39,691 nt of DNA, from positions 1 through 39,691 of the forward strand of contig JBJEFT010000113.1 in NCBI GenBank assembly GCA_051874315.1, given 5' to 3'. A program made the position numbers and the translations under genes. Shown here piece after piece: positions 26,289 through 35,097 of the stretch. Below the pieces are notes generated by a model that saw only the letters and a program-made list of their open reading frames with translations, was not told where the DNA came from and made no database searches. This stretch comes from Candidatus Ornithomonoglobus sp. (GTDB lineage Bacteria > Bacillota > Clostridia > UBA1381). Position 1 is the stretch's first letter. Each line of letters opens with the position of its first letter.

Positions 26289-29200
26289 CTATTGAATTTC
26301 TTGTACAATCGGATCGTATTTTGTTTTCATATCCGTCCAGAAGAATACTTTTACCGTATATTTTTCGTCTTCGGTTATTATAAATTCACCTGCGGATTCG
26401 TTCATCTTCACTTCAAGCAATACGCCGTCCTTATCGTAGAGAGCAACATACATATCGCAGTCCGCATTTTCTCCGTATTCCGAAGTATATAAAAGCCTGC
26501 TTGGCGATGATGTTATTTCTACCGTTTCCGGCAAGGTCCTTTCAGACTGATTTCCACCCATATTCTCGGGATCATCCGTTGTTGTATACATTCTCCTGTA
26601 CGGAACGGTGCAGCTCTCCTCATCATATGCCGCAAGCCTTATGGAGATAATGTTAAGGCCTGTCGATGCATCGGTCTGCGTGCTGCCAAGAACCGCCTCA
26701 CGCGGAATTTCAATCAGCTTATTTGCAAAACCGCCCTTGCCGTCCTTTACCTCCATATAGTCATTGCCGTCTATTACAAGCTCCGTATCTCCGGCAAATA
26801 TCTTAAATTTGACATCATATGTTTTTGAGCCGCAGGTAACTGTGCTGTCGGTATCGAAATATCTTATTATGAGATAATTCTTTTCAGCATTTTTATCAAC
26901 AAGCATATTATATTTGAAGAAGCCGCCCTCGCCGAACGCATATCGGTATTGCCCGTTATTATCCGCCCCCTGTACCGAATGGCTGCGGAACTCCGTTGTC
27001 TCCTCCGTGCTCTGTATCATTCCGTGACCAAGCTCCGACTGCTGACCGTCCGGGTCAACATAGTCAAGCTGAACATTGCTGAGGTTTATACCATAGTCGT
27101 CAATAGCTGTGTCAATATCAAAATAGATATTGTGATAATTATGCGTAATATCTATAAACGGAACAAGCTCCACGTCCCTGCCGGTAGAATTCTTATCCGC
27201 CGCAAGAGTGAATTTAAGCGTTCCCGATCCGCCTGTTTTTGATACATATTCCGTTATATCGTCAGTTGTTTTTATACCCTTGCCGTCAGAGGTTCTGAGT
27301 ACAGGATACGCAACCTGCTGACAGGCGGTGTTTCTTTCCTCCCAGATATACTCATATGACGGCTTAATCGTACCGTTAAGCTTTGCCGCGAGAACCATAG
27401 GACCGTATTCGTACGCTACCTTTACATTATCACGCGATTTATACAGGCTCACGCCCATGGGAATTGTAAGCTCTATTACATCGCCGTTCTTAATACCGTT
27501 AAGCGTTATGTATTCACCGCCGTCCGATACTGCCTTACGCTCATTATTAACGGCTGCGGTCATCTGCTTATTCTGATCGCTGAGCCATCCGGGCGCACGC
27601 AGCTTAACATTCCCTGTCTTATCTCCGCCGGTGACGGTTATTTTAACCGTTTCCTCGTATGGATAATTTGTTTCCACATTAAAGGTCATACCCTTGCCCG
27701 CCCATGTATATGTTCCGGGCATATAAAGGTTTACATACAAATCGTCATTGTCCTCGAAATATGTCACGCGCGTATATCTGCCCGGATTTTCCATGCCTGT
27801 ACCCGTGCAGCACCACCACGCGTTATACTTCTGCTCATAAATCCTGTGAGTGCCCTGCACCATGGATACAAAATACATCTTTGCGCCGGTTTCAGGCTCC
27901 TGCTGACCGAGAACATGATTATACAGAGCGCGCTCGTACCAGTCCATATACTCGCTTCTGTGCTCCCACGAGAATAAATGCTCCGTAAGACGCATCATAT
28001 TATAGGTATTGCAGCTTTCGCATGATTTAACACCCAATTCCTCCGTTCCCACAGGCTGGAAATACTCGCCCAGGGAGTTTCCGCCTATAGCGTAGCAGCG
28101 CTCATAGTTTACATTCCTCCAGAAATTCTCGCAGGCGGTTCTGTAATCGGCATAGGCAGCGGTGTCCTGCTCATAAAGCTCAGCCGCTCCGACGAATTTC
28201 GGTATCTGAGTATTGGCATGCTTACCGCTGAGCGACGCAGTGTTGTTCGTCTTTAACGGGTCGATAATAGAATCATGGGTAAAACGGCGCGATGTGTTTT
28301 TATACAGCTCATCACCCGTAATCTCATACATTCTCGCAAAAATCTCGTTTATGCCGCCGTATTCAATATTAAGCACGCTCTGCATCTGCGTATCGCTAAG
28401 CCCCGCCGTGCCGGCTGCCGCCCAGTCAGACAGCTTTTTGAGCACACCGTATGCCTTGAACGCAAGCTCCGGCTCAGCATAATCGTACACATCAAGAAGT
28501 CCCTGATATACCTTGTGGATATTATACCACGGCACCCAGTATTTGCCCAGCCAGCTTCCGTTTCCGGCGAAGCAGTTTATAAACGGTATCTCGTCGCAGC
28601 CGCCTATATATTCTTTATTAACGGTAGCCGTCCAGCCGGTGGGTATATCCGTGTTCTGCAGCTCGTCAAGCTTATCAATCACATACTCCATTTTATCGTG
28701 AATATTACGCGGAGTAACCGTTATATCCCCCTTTTCCGCAGGAGCGGTATCCGAGGTGTCATTTCCGTTTAAGGACGCGGCTGGAAGCGCAATAGCTTCA
28801 TTATTCTTTAAATCATTGTAGAACACTGCCGCTGATGACAGCCAATGTCCCATCTGCTGTCCGGCAAGAGTATTGTGAGGAACATTATTCGCCTTCCACG
28901 CTCCGAGAGCCTCCCAGCCGCCGTAGCGTTTAACCCTGTCGCCGGCCTTTTTATCACCGTTCTTAACAGCCTCGTCATCAGCTTCGTAGGTAAGCGTCAG
29001 TCCGTGAACCTCATATGACGGAGCTACAAGCCGCGGCAGGTCAATGCCCATGATATATCCCAGACCCACGCGTTCGCTTTCATCAAGACGGCTGCCGTTC
29101 TTCAGTTTAATCTGAGAGGAATCGGCATAATCTGACGCGCTTACAATTTCACGCTCGCATTCCGCTATAACATCTCCGTTCCTTTTAAGTGCTGATTTTA

Positions 29201-31436
29201 CCGTGACGCGCCCGTATGCCTTAAGCGGCAGTCTTACGCCCGCAGTTTTGCCTCCAAGCGACCGAACCTCCTCCGATGTGAGGGTTTTGCTCAGCTCCCC
29301 GCCGATAAGCGTACCCTGATCATCATACGCGCCGACGGTTATCGTCAGATCATCCTCTCCCGCGGTTTCTTTCGCCGTGATATTATAAAGTGCGTCGGCA
29401 TATTCAATGCCCGTATTCTTAACAAAGTTTATAGCTGTTCCCACGGAATAGTTCGGATCCTTTGACGCGCTGATAATGCGGACATTAGCCGTTATACCTA
29501 TCTCTGTTCCGTAAATATCGGCAGTACCGTGAACCGTATAATCGCCCTCAACGCTGCCGTCGGGTATTTCCGACTCGCTCCAGGTCACAGACGCGCAGGA
29601 GGTAATGCCGTTTTCAAATATAACATTCACTCTGTCCGGCAGAATTACAGCCGAGCTTACTCCGAATGTCAGATTGGGATTTTCAACAGACTTTATCGCC
29701 TGCATTGTATTCATCATTTCCGTTTTAACCTCTTCAGCTGTAAGCGCGTAGTTGTATATTGCTATTTCATCAACTGCGCCCCTGTATACGGGATCGCGCG
29801 GATACTGTGATTTTCCTATATAATTCTTCTCCGAATTGCGCAGCCCATACATTCTCGAATTAATCGAGCCTGTTCCGGCTTCCCTGCCGTTTATATATAT
29901 TTTTGCCGTTTTATTCTCAAGAGTAACGGTAACATACGACCAGCTGTTTCTTTCAAGCAGTCTTGTACCGTATACAATCTCCTCGTTTCCTCCGTCATGC
30001 TTTACCGCAAGGCGCGGAGCGCCGTTGCCCTGGTTGAGCGTAAGGAATATATAATTACTCTCGTTTGAGCCGAAATCGAACAGACGCTCCCATGTTCCCA
30101 ACTCCGACGGATTTATCCACGCGGAAAATGTAAAGCTGTCGCGCAGCGGAAAGGAATCAAGCGCGGCATAACCGCCCGTAAAATCAACGGCGTTATTCTT
30201 CTGCCCGATCGTAATCCCGCTGTCGCCGAAATAGCCGATACCGCTTTCATTTTTATCGTCCATGGTGAAAGAAAGCAGCTTTTGCTTATCCTCAAATTCT
30301 GCCGTTACCATGACGTCCTCCGACGGCATTGTGAACTCAAAGGTGTTGCTGCCCGTCATATTTTCAAAAAAGCTTGAGCCGTTCACTTGCATATCAACCA
30401 GAACCTTATCCTCCGGCACTGTTACTGACGCTGTGATTTTCTCTCCCGGTGATGCGGCTGTTTTGTTTAAGGTAACATTGTCTCCGCCGGCAATATTATA
30501 GCTTAACGTACCGAGAACCGTGGCGATATATTCCCGTTCAAGCGCCCTGTCGCCGTAGCTTATAGTGGCGGTCAGAGTTACCTCTGTTGTTTCCTCCTGT
30601 CTCGTTACCGTTCCGTTATCAGTTATGACCGATGGATCTGAGCTTTCCCATGTGATTGTGTAACCCTCACCCCCAGACTGAGTAAGCTGTATATCCTCTG
30701 TCACAGCTGATAAATCGCCAAGCTCTATCGATGGCGCGAACGAGTAAACCGAAACACTGTCTATAAGACCCTGAAACAGCTCCCTGTCATTCCATGCCGA
30801 TCTCCCGACATAAAATATCTGCTCGTCACTGTCGCCGAGAATAGTCTGCAGCTCTCGCCCGCTGTATTCTCTCGTTCCTATCAGTTTGTTATTAATATAC
30901 AAGTCCGTGTGATCCCTTGCAATAACAACATCTATATTCTGCCAGTCCGCCGAACCCTGAGTTTTTATTTTCTCACTGTCGTTACCGTCGTTGTAAACCC
31001 ATCTCTCGTAATTTATCGTGTTGCCGCCGTCATAATACATACCGGTGTATATGCGGTATCTGCCGTTAGGCACACCGCTGTTGGGCGCGGCATAAAAGAA
31101 CCAGCTGTTTATATTATGCGTTTCGTTTTTTGTTCGCATTGAAACGGTAATCTCATCCTCACCCTTCAGAAGAGGAGTTCCGTCCTCTTTTGTAAGATTG
31201 AAATAAGCTGAGCTTCCGTCAAAACGCGCTGCATAATTACCGTCGTCAGTCGGTTCATAGGTAATGTTTCCGAACGCTTCAAGCTTACCCTTTTCGACCA
31301 TTGCTCCGTCGCTGCTGAAGCATGCCGAGAACAATACAGGGGAATTGTCAGGGGTATTGTCAGCTGAAACTCCCACGAACGCGGACGATACTACAGCGGC
31401 GGATAACACTATGCTCATACATTTCTTTGCCTTCAT
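26289..31436 (-). CDS. Secreted 1,715-aa enzyme. Order: LamG-like, Ig-like modules, second LamG-like, Big_4-like, GH127/GH146-type (DUF1680) beta-L-arabinofuranosidase, beta-sandwich, shared C-terminal module
   Basis: AAAGGAGGA RBS, signal peptide MKAKKCMSIVLSAAVVSSAFVGVSA, and a TAG stop. GH127/146 hallmarks: HANTQIPKF, SCESCNTYNM, WWCCTGTGMENPGRY (Cys-rich zinc/catalytic motif), YVNLYMPG. Confidence 0.85.
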   Translation of the reverse strand: MKAKKCMSIVLSAAVVSSAFVGVSADNTPDNSPVLFSACFSSDGAMVEKGKLEAFGNITYEPTDDGNYAARFDGSSAYFNLTKEDGTPLLKGEDEITVSMRTKNETHNINSWFFYAAPNSGVPNGRYRIYTGMYYDGGNTINYERWVYNDGNDSEKIKTQGSADWQNIDVVIARDHTDLYINNKLIGTREYSGRELQTILGDSDEQIFYVGRSAWNDRELFQGLIDSVSVYSFAPSIELGDLSAVTEDIQLTQSGGEGYTITWESSDPSVITDNGTVTRQEETTEVTLTATISYGDRALEREYIATVLGTLSYNIAGGDNVTLNKTAASPGEKITASVTVPEDKVLVDMQVNGSSFFENMTGSNTFEFTMPSEDVMVTAEFEDKQKLLSFTMDDKNESGIGYFGDSGITIGQKNNAVDFTGGYAALDSFPLRDSFTFSAWINPSELGTWERLFDFGSNESNYIFLTLNQGNGAPRLAVKHDGGNEEIVYGTRLLERNSWSYVTVTLENKTAKIYINGREAGTGSINSRMYGLRNSEKNYIGKSQYPRDPVYRGAVDEIAIYNYALTAEEVKTEMMNTMQAIKSVENPNLTFGVSSAVILPDRVNVIFENGITSCASVTWSESEIPDGSVEGDYTVHGTADIYGTEIGITANVRIISASKDPNYSVGTAINFVKNTGIEYADALYNITAKETAGEDDLTITVGAYDDQGTLIGGELSKTLTSEEVRSLGGKTAGVRLPLKAYGRVTVKSALKRNGDVIAECEREIVSASDYADSSQIKLKNGSRLDESERVGLGYIMGIDLPRLVAPSYEVHGLTLTYEADDEAVKNGDKKAGDRVKRYGGWEALGAWKANNVPHNTLAGQQMGHWLSSAAVFYNDLKNNEAIALPAASLNGNDTSDTAPAEKGDITVTPRNIHDKMEYVIDKLDELQNTDIPTGWTATVNKEYIGGCDEIPFINCFAGNGSWLGKYWVPWYNIHKVYQGLLDVYDYAEPELAFKAYGVLKKLSDWAAAGTAGLSDTQMQSVLNIEYGGINEIFARMYEITGDELYKNTSRRFTHDSIIDPLKTNNTASLSGKHANTQIPKFVGAAELYEQDTAAYADYRTACENFWRNVNYERCYAIGGNSLGEYFQPVGTEELGVKSCESCNTYNMMRLTEHLFSWEHRSEYMDWYERALYNHVLGQQEPETGAKMYFVSMVQGTHRIYEQKYNAWWCCTGTGMENPGRYTRVTYFEDNDDLYVNLYMPGTYTWAGKGMTFNVETNYPYEETVKITVTGGDKTGNVKLRAPGWLSDQNKQMTAAVNNERKAVSDGGEYITLNGIKNGDVIELTIPMGVSLYKSRDNVKVAYEYGPMVLAAKLNGTIKPSYEYIWEERNTACQQVAYPVLRTSDGKGIKTTDDITEYVSKTGGSGTLKFTLAADKNSTGRDVELVPFIDITHNYHNIYFDIDTAIDDYGINLSNVQLDYVDPDGQQSELGHGMIQSTEETTEFRSHSVQGADNNGQYRYAFGEGGFFKYNMLVDKNAEKNYLIIRYFDTDSTVTCGSKTYDVKFKIFAGDTELVIDGNDYMEVKDGKGGFANKLIEIPREAVLGSTQTDASTGLNIISIRLAAYDEESCTVPYRRMYTTTDDPENMGGNQSERTLPETVEITSSPSRLLYTSEYGENADCDMYVALYDKDGVLLEVKMNESAGEFIITEDEKYTVKVFFWTDMKTKYDPIVQEIQ
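26292..26522 (-). other. Shared ~80-aa C-terminal module, copy M5
   Basis: VEITSSPSRLLYTSEYGENADCDMYVALYDKDGVLLEVKMNESAGEFIITEDEKYTVKVFFWTDMKTKYDPIVQEIQ, followed by the stop. Confidence 0.8.
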
Positions 31437-31530
31437 AAGTAAATCCTCCTTTTTATTGTTTTTATTAATTATATTTAATTATTTACTTGTAAAATCTGTT
31501 CAGCTTCTGTCAACACTTGCGCCGTATCGT

Positions 31531-33264
31531 TTAATCAGCATTTTTCAGCTCGTCAAGCACAGGTCTGTCCAAAAATTCCGCCAGCGGCTTTTCCGCCGGA
31601 TATAAATCTAAAATCACAAGCTCATTGCGTCCCTTTGTAAGAACACCTGCCGGCACATATAAGGTCTGCTGAGGTCCTATGCTTCGGTATCTTCCGAGAT
31701 TAAAGCCGTTTATCACGGCAAAGCCATGCGTAAAGCCGCTCGGCCTTAAAAATGTGTCGCAAGGCTCATCAATGATAAATTCGGCTCTGTATATTATCGG
31801 CTGCGGATATGACACGCCTTCCGAAAGCGGCGGTATTTTATCCATTTCAAAGCAGTGTATATCGTAGACTTCTATCTCTTGTCCGCCGATTTTCACATTG
31901 CTTAGCAGTCCTTTTCTGTCAAATATGCGCTGTCCGTAGTTTACACGCCCCAGGTTTTCTACCAGTATTGTAAGACGTTTCGCGCCGGATATAAATATCG
32001 GCGCGTAATCCGTTCCACGCTCATGAACGCCTATATACCGACCGTCAGCATAGAGCATAACGCGGTCACGCCGCTTGCCTATATCGATTTCACCGCTCAT
32101 ACCGTCTATGTCAGCCTCATACATTATGTATCCGTAGCTCTGTGAGCATTCCTCCATGCTTCTTACAGGACTGTTTTTATATGCTCTGCCTAATACATCT
32201 TTGTTATCAAACAATCCCGAAGCGATGAATTCTGTTACAGCAGGATATGCCCTTGTACCCGTATCGTCACTCGTTTCTCCGTCTCCTGTGAGCATTTGCT
32301 TTATCAGCTCATACTGACGCGTGGATGCGCCGTATTCTGTGAGTGCGGCACCGTAGTCATAGCTTGTGATACACGGCTCAAAGTGCGGATTGCAGTTGGA
32401 GCCGTTCATAAACCCGAAATTAGTTCCGCCGCTGAACATATATATGCTGAAATGTCCGCCCTGCTCGATTATCCGCTTAAGCTCATCAACGACGCTTTGC
32501 GGCTCACGCGTGTGGTGCACAACGCCCCACTGGTCAAACCAGCCGTTCCAGAACTCCATGCAGCATTTCGGCTCACCCGGTCTCAGCAGCTCAAGCTTTT
32601 CGAATGCCTCGTCCGAATGTGACCCGAAATTGGCAGTCATAAGCACGCCGTCTATAGAGCCGTTTTCAAGACAATCATTCCATGTTCCGTCCGAGGTGAA
32701 CAGCAGCACATCATCCGCGCCCAGCTCATGATACATTTTCCGCAGCTTTTTAAGGTATTCCGCGTCTGGTCTGCCGAATCCGCCGAACTCGTTCTCAATC
32801 TGCATAGCGATTATTCCGCCGCCGTTTGAAAGGAAATGCGGACGGCATATGTCCATCACCCATGAGAGATACCGGCGCACACATTCAAGATACGGCGCAT
32901 TGTCGCGTCTTAGCTCAATGCCTTCAATATTCATCAGCCACGGTGGAAATCCGCCCATTTCCCATTCCGCGCATATGTACGGACCGGGACGTATTATGAC
33001 ATACAGTCCCAGAGTCTCCGCAATTTCTATAAACCGCTCAAAATCCGCCGTTCCCTCGCTTATAAATTTGCCGCGCTCCGGCTCCTGAATATTCCATGCG
33101 ATATATGTTTCAACGGTATTTAACCCGCATTCCTTCAGCTTTATAAGCCTGCGCTCCCAGTCTGACGGGTGGATACGAAAATAATGCACCGCGCCCGCGC
33201 GTATATAAAATTCACTGCCGTTCATAAACAGTTTATCGCCTTGTATTATTAATTTTCCGCTCAT
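31531..33264 (-). CDS. GH35 beta-galactosidase, probably cytoplasmic
   Basis: 577 aa with no signal peptide. GH35 hallmarks: AVHYFRIHPSDWERRL, LNTVETYIAWNIQEP, IIRPGPYICAEWEMGGFPPWL, QIENEFG (acid/base), CMEFWNGWFDQWG (nucleophile). Confidence 0.92.
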   Translation of the reverse strand: MSGKLIIQGDKLFMNGSEFYIRAGAVHYFRIHPSDWERRLIKLKECGLNTVETYIAWNIQEPERGKFISEGTADFERFIEIAETLGLYVIIRPGPYICAEWEMGGFPPWLMNIEGIELRRDNAPYLECVRRYLSWVMDICRPHFLSNGGGIIAMQIENEFGGFGRPDAEYLKKLRKMYHELGADDVLLFTSDGTWNDCLENGSIDGVLMTANFGSHSDEAFEKLELLRPGEPKCCMEFWNGWFDQWGVVHHTREPQSVVDELKRIIEQGGHFSIYMFSGGTNFGFMNGSNCNPHFEPCITSYDYGAALTEYGASTRQYELIKQMLTGDGETSDDTGTRAYPAVTEFIASGLFDNKDVLGRAYKNSPVRSMEECSQSYGYIMYEADIDGMSGEIDIGKRRDRVMLYADGRYIGVHERGTDYAPIFISGAKRLTILVENLGRVNYGQRIFDRKGLLSNVKIGGQEIEVYDIHCFEMDKIPPLSEGVSYPQPIIYRAEFIIDEPCDTFLRPSGFTHGFAVINGFNLGRYRSIGPQQTLYVPAGVLTKGRNELVILDLYPAEKPLAEFLDRPVLDELKNAD

Positions 33265-33298
33265 AGTCCGATTCGCTCCTATCCGATAAATAAATTCT

Positions 33299-33320
33299 GA
33301 ACGGGCAAAAACGCCCGTTC
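33299..33320 (-). promoter_or_regulatory. 8-bp stem-loop in the GH35 5' leader
   Basis: Minus strand: GAACGGGC-guuuuu-GCCCGUUC. It lies between the predicted promoter and the RBS. There is no clear U-tract, so it is not called a terminator. Confidence 0.4.
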
Positions 33321-33377
33321 GCAGTTTAAAAGAAGAGAGAAATGTAATTTGACAATTATTTTATTACTGTCACTATT

Positions 33378-33405
33378 ATTATATCATTAGGGCTGATTAT
33401 ATCAA
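33378..33405 (-). promoter_or_regulatory. Sigma-A-type promoter of the GH35 gene, probably driving the GH35-GH127-downstream operon
   Basis: Minus strand: TTGATA (33405-33400), 16-nt spacer, TATAAT (33383-33378). Confidence 0.65.
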
Positions 33406-33439
33406 TATACTATTTTAAACTCTGCTGAACCGATTTTAA
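33406..33439 (-). promoter_or_regulatory. Bipartite direct-repeat operator abutting the -35 box (site C)
   Basis: Minus strand: TTAAAATCGGTTC-agcagagt-TTAAAATAGTATA, then the -35 box TTGATA. Confidence 0.6.
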
Positions 33440-33506
33440 GTTTCCTGTTTTTTAGCCGCAGAATTTCCGCGCCCGCAATACGCGGTGCGGCAGCATCGTC
33501 CGCACG

Positions 33507-33538
33507 AAAAAACAGCGCAAGCACTGCGCTGTTTTTTT
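33507..33538. terminator. Bidirectional rho-independent terminator; ends the 381-aa / 56-aa operon
   Basis: AAAAAA-CAGCGCA-agcac-TGCGCTG-TTTTTTT. The A-run and T-run flank the stem, so the element works on either strand. Confidence 0.85.
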
Positions 33539-33592
33539 GCATATAGTCCCTTTCCGGCAGGGGAGTCTCTCTCTAATGACAAAGAGATGAGA

Positions 33593-33763
33593 TTACCATG
33601 TAAACATCATGATTTTCTCCGCTTCTACGTTTTGATCTGTAAGCATTTTTTTCGCTGCTGCTGCCGCCTGTATTCCCTGCTGCTCTGTGCCGCTTGTTGT
33701 CACTATGTTTACAGAGCCAAATCTGTAGACGCTGATTTGCGGACTTATAAATGTCTTTTTCAT
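33593..33763 (-). CDS. Small 56-aa protein of unknown function, co-transcribed with the upstream secreted repeat protein
   Basis: The start is placed at ATG 33763, with GGAGGTG 7 nt upstream; the ORF-track start at 33784 overlaps the upstream gene. Product: MKKTFISPQISVYRFGSVNIVTTSGTEQQGIQAAAAAKKMLTDQNVEAEKIMMFTW. There is no signal peptide and no Cys. A terminator follows. Confidence 0.55.
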   Translation of the reverse strand: MKKTFISPQISVYRFGSVNIVTTSGTEQQGIQAAAAAKKMLTDQNVEAEKIMMFTW

Positions 33764-33780
33764 ATATTCACACCTCCGAA

Positions 33781-34926
33781 TCATTCTACCGTCGCTGTCG
33801 CAATAGCGTTACTGTCATCCAATCCGTTTACAACAAGACCGAATAATGCTGTCGCCGAATCGCCGTCAAGAGTTATTGTTCCTACATTGTAGCTTTCTGT
33901 TGTCTTTGGCTCTTCACTGCCGCTTGTTATAGTCCACGAAATCGTGCTGAATGTTCCCTTACCGCTTACCGTGGTCTTAAACGCAGTAGCTGTTGTTTCT
34001 GCATAATCCTCTGTACCGGAGAATGCACCTATATTTTCTACATCAGCAGTCAATGTTTCTGCTTCCTTCTCCGCATATATAAGCGTTACACTGTTAATAT
34101 ATGTTTCCTGCGTTTCATCGATAATGGTTAAGCTCTTTACACCTGTTTCAGTGCTGTTTATAACAATTTCATTATCATAACTATTCCAGTTACTCCTACC
34201 TTCATGAGAACATGAGCCGATTTCAGCTTCGCCAATTTTTGCTGTAAATTTTTCTTGGTATTTTGAAGCTGCATTAATAACAATAGCAGAAAGGTTTGTC
34301 ATATCAGCATCAAATGTAAGTGTCGCTTGTGTACCATTATTAATATGTCTTAACTGCTTTTGATCTCCATTTTTATCGCCGCTAAATGTGATGGATTTTG
34401 ATATATTGCCATCAGCATCAAACAAACTTAAGCTATAACTGTTGCTGTATACCAGAGTAACACTGTTAATATACGTTTCCGTCGTTGTATCTTCAATAGT
34501 TACTGCTTTATCGCCGATTTCTGTAGTTGTTACCGGAATTTCTACATCATAATCATTCCAATTATTTCTTCCGCCTTGAGATACCGTTCCAATTACACTA
34601 TCACCTATTTTAACACTATAGACTTCAGAATTTCTTGTTGCACCGTTAACAACAATCTTTTCAAGCGTTGTCACATTTGCTGTAAAACTCATTGATAATG
34701 TTTTTTCATCACCCTTATATATCAACTGTGGCCTTCCATTGTTTTGAAAATCTCCATTCCAATTAAGACTATCCAAAGCATCGGACTCTGCTTGATTAAA
34801 AAGAGTCACTTGCGCTTCTGTTTTCTGAGCCTCAGCTGCACCTGCCGAAACCGACATCGCTGTAAATGTTGATACCGATACCGCCGCTGCTAAAAATAGC
34901 GACACAATTTTTTTTAGTTTTAACAT
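33781..34926 (-). CDS. Secreted 381-aa non-catalytic protein with two tandem ~124-aa CBM-like repeats and a distinct C-terminal domain; function unknown
   Basis: GAGGAG RBS, signal peptide MLKLKKIVSLFLAAAVSVSTFTAMSVSAGAAEA, and a TGA stop. The repeats end ...GGRNNWNDYDVEIPV...KAVTIEDTTTETYINSVTLVYS and ...EGRSNWNSYDNEIVI...KSLTIIDETQETYINSVTLIYA. Confidence 0.85.
   Translation of the reverse strand: MLKLKKIVSLFLAAAVSVSTFTAMSVSAGAAEAQKTEAQVTLFNQAESDALDSLNWNGDFQNNGRPQLIYKGDEKTLSMSFTANVTTLEKIVVNGATRNSEVYSVKIGDSVIGTVSQGGRNNWNDYDVEIPVTTTEIGDKAVTIEDTTTETYINSVTLVYSNSYSLSLFDADGNISKSITFSGDKNGDQKQLRHINNGTQATLTFDADMTNLSAIVINAASKYQEKFTAKIGEAEIGSCSHEGRSNWNSYDNEIVINSTETGVKSLTIIDETQETYINSVTLIYAEKEAETLTADVENIGAFSGTEDYAETTATAFKTTVSGKGTFSTISWTITSGSEEPKTTESYNVGTITLDGDSATALFGLVVNGLDDSNAIATATVE
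34075..34820 (-). repeat. Intragenic tandem duplication, 2 x ~372 nt, encoding the two CBM-like repeats
   Basis: The period is 372 nt. It is measured between the two ETYINSVTL(V/I)Y-encoding segments, near 34447 and 34075. Confidence 0.75.
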
Positions 34927-35019
34927 TTTGAAAATCTCCTCTCTTTTAATCCCATTCTCAGGGAATTTATCAGAGTAAACGGTTCGTCCGTGCCATTACT
35001 CTAAATTTGTTTTATATCT

Positions 35020-35048
35020 ATTGTACATCCTCTTCTCCCAAGTTTCAA
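35020..35048 (-). promoter_or_regulatory. Sigma-A-type promoter of the 381-aa gene
   Basis: Minus strand: TTGAAA (35048-35043), 17-nt spacer, TACAAT (35025-35020). Confidence 0.65.
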
Positions 35049-35082
35049 GATACGATTTTAATGTATCTTGAACTTTTTTTCG
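35049..35082 (-). promoter_or_regulatory. Bipartite operator (site D, distal half degenerate). It also forms a 10-bp palindrome with a T-run on the plus strand
   Basis: Minus strand: cgAAAAaaaGTTC-aagataca-TTAAAATCGTATC, then the -35 box TTGAAA. Plus strand: TTCAAGATAC-gattttaat-GTATCTTGAA-CTTTTTTT. Confidence 0.5.
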
Positions 35083-35097
35083 TTTATATAAAAATCT

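Noticed and set aside
31489-31501. GTAAAATCTGTTC, an 11/13 match to the distal operator half-site, upstream of the GH127 gene.
   Set aside because: It lies on the opposite strand relative to the gene. It has no second half-site 21 bp away and no fixed register to a recognisable -35/-10 pair. It could easily be chance in AT-rich DNA.
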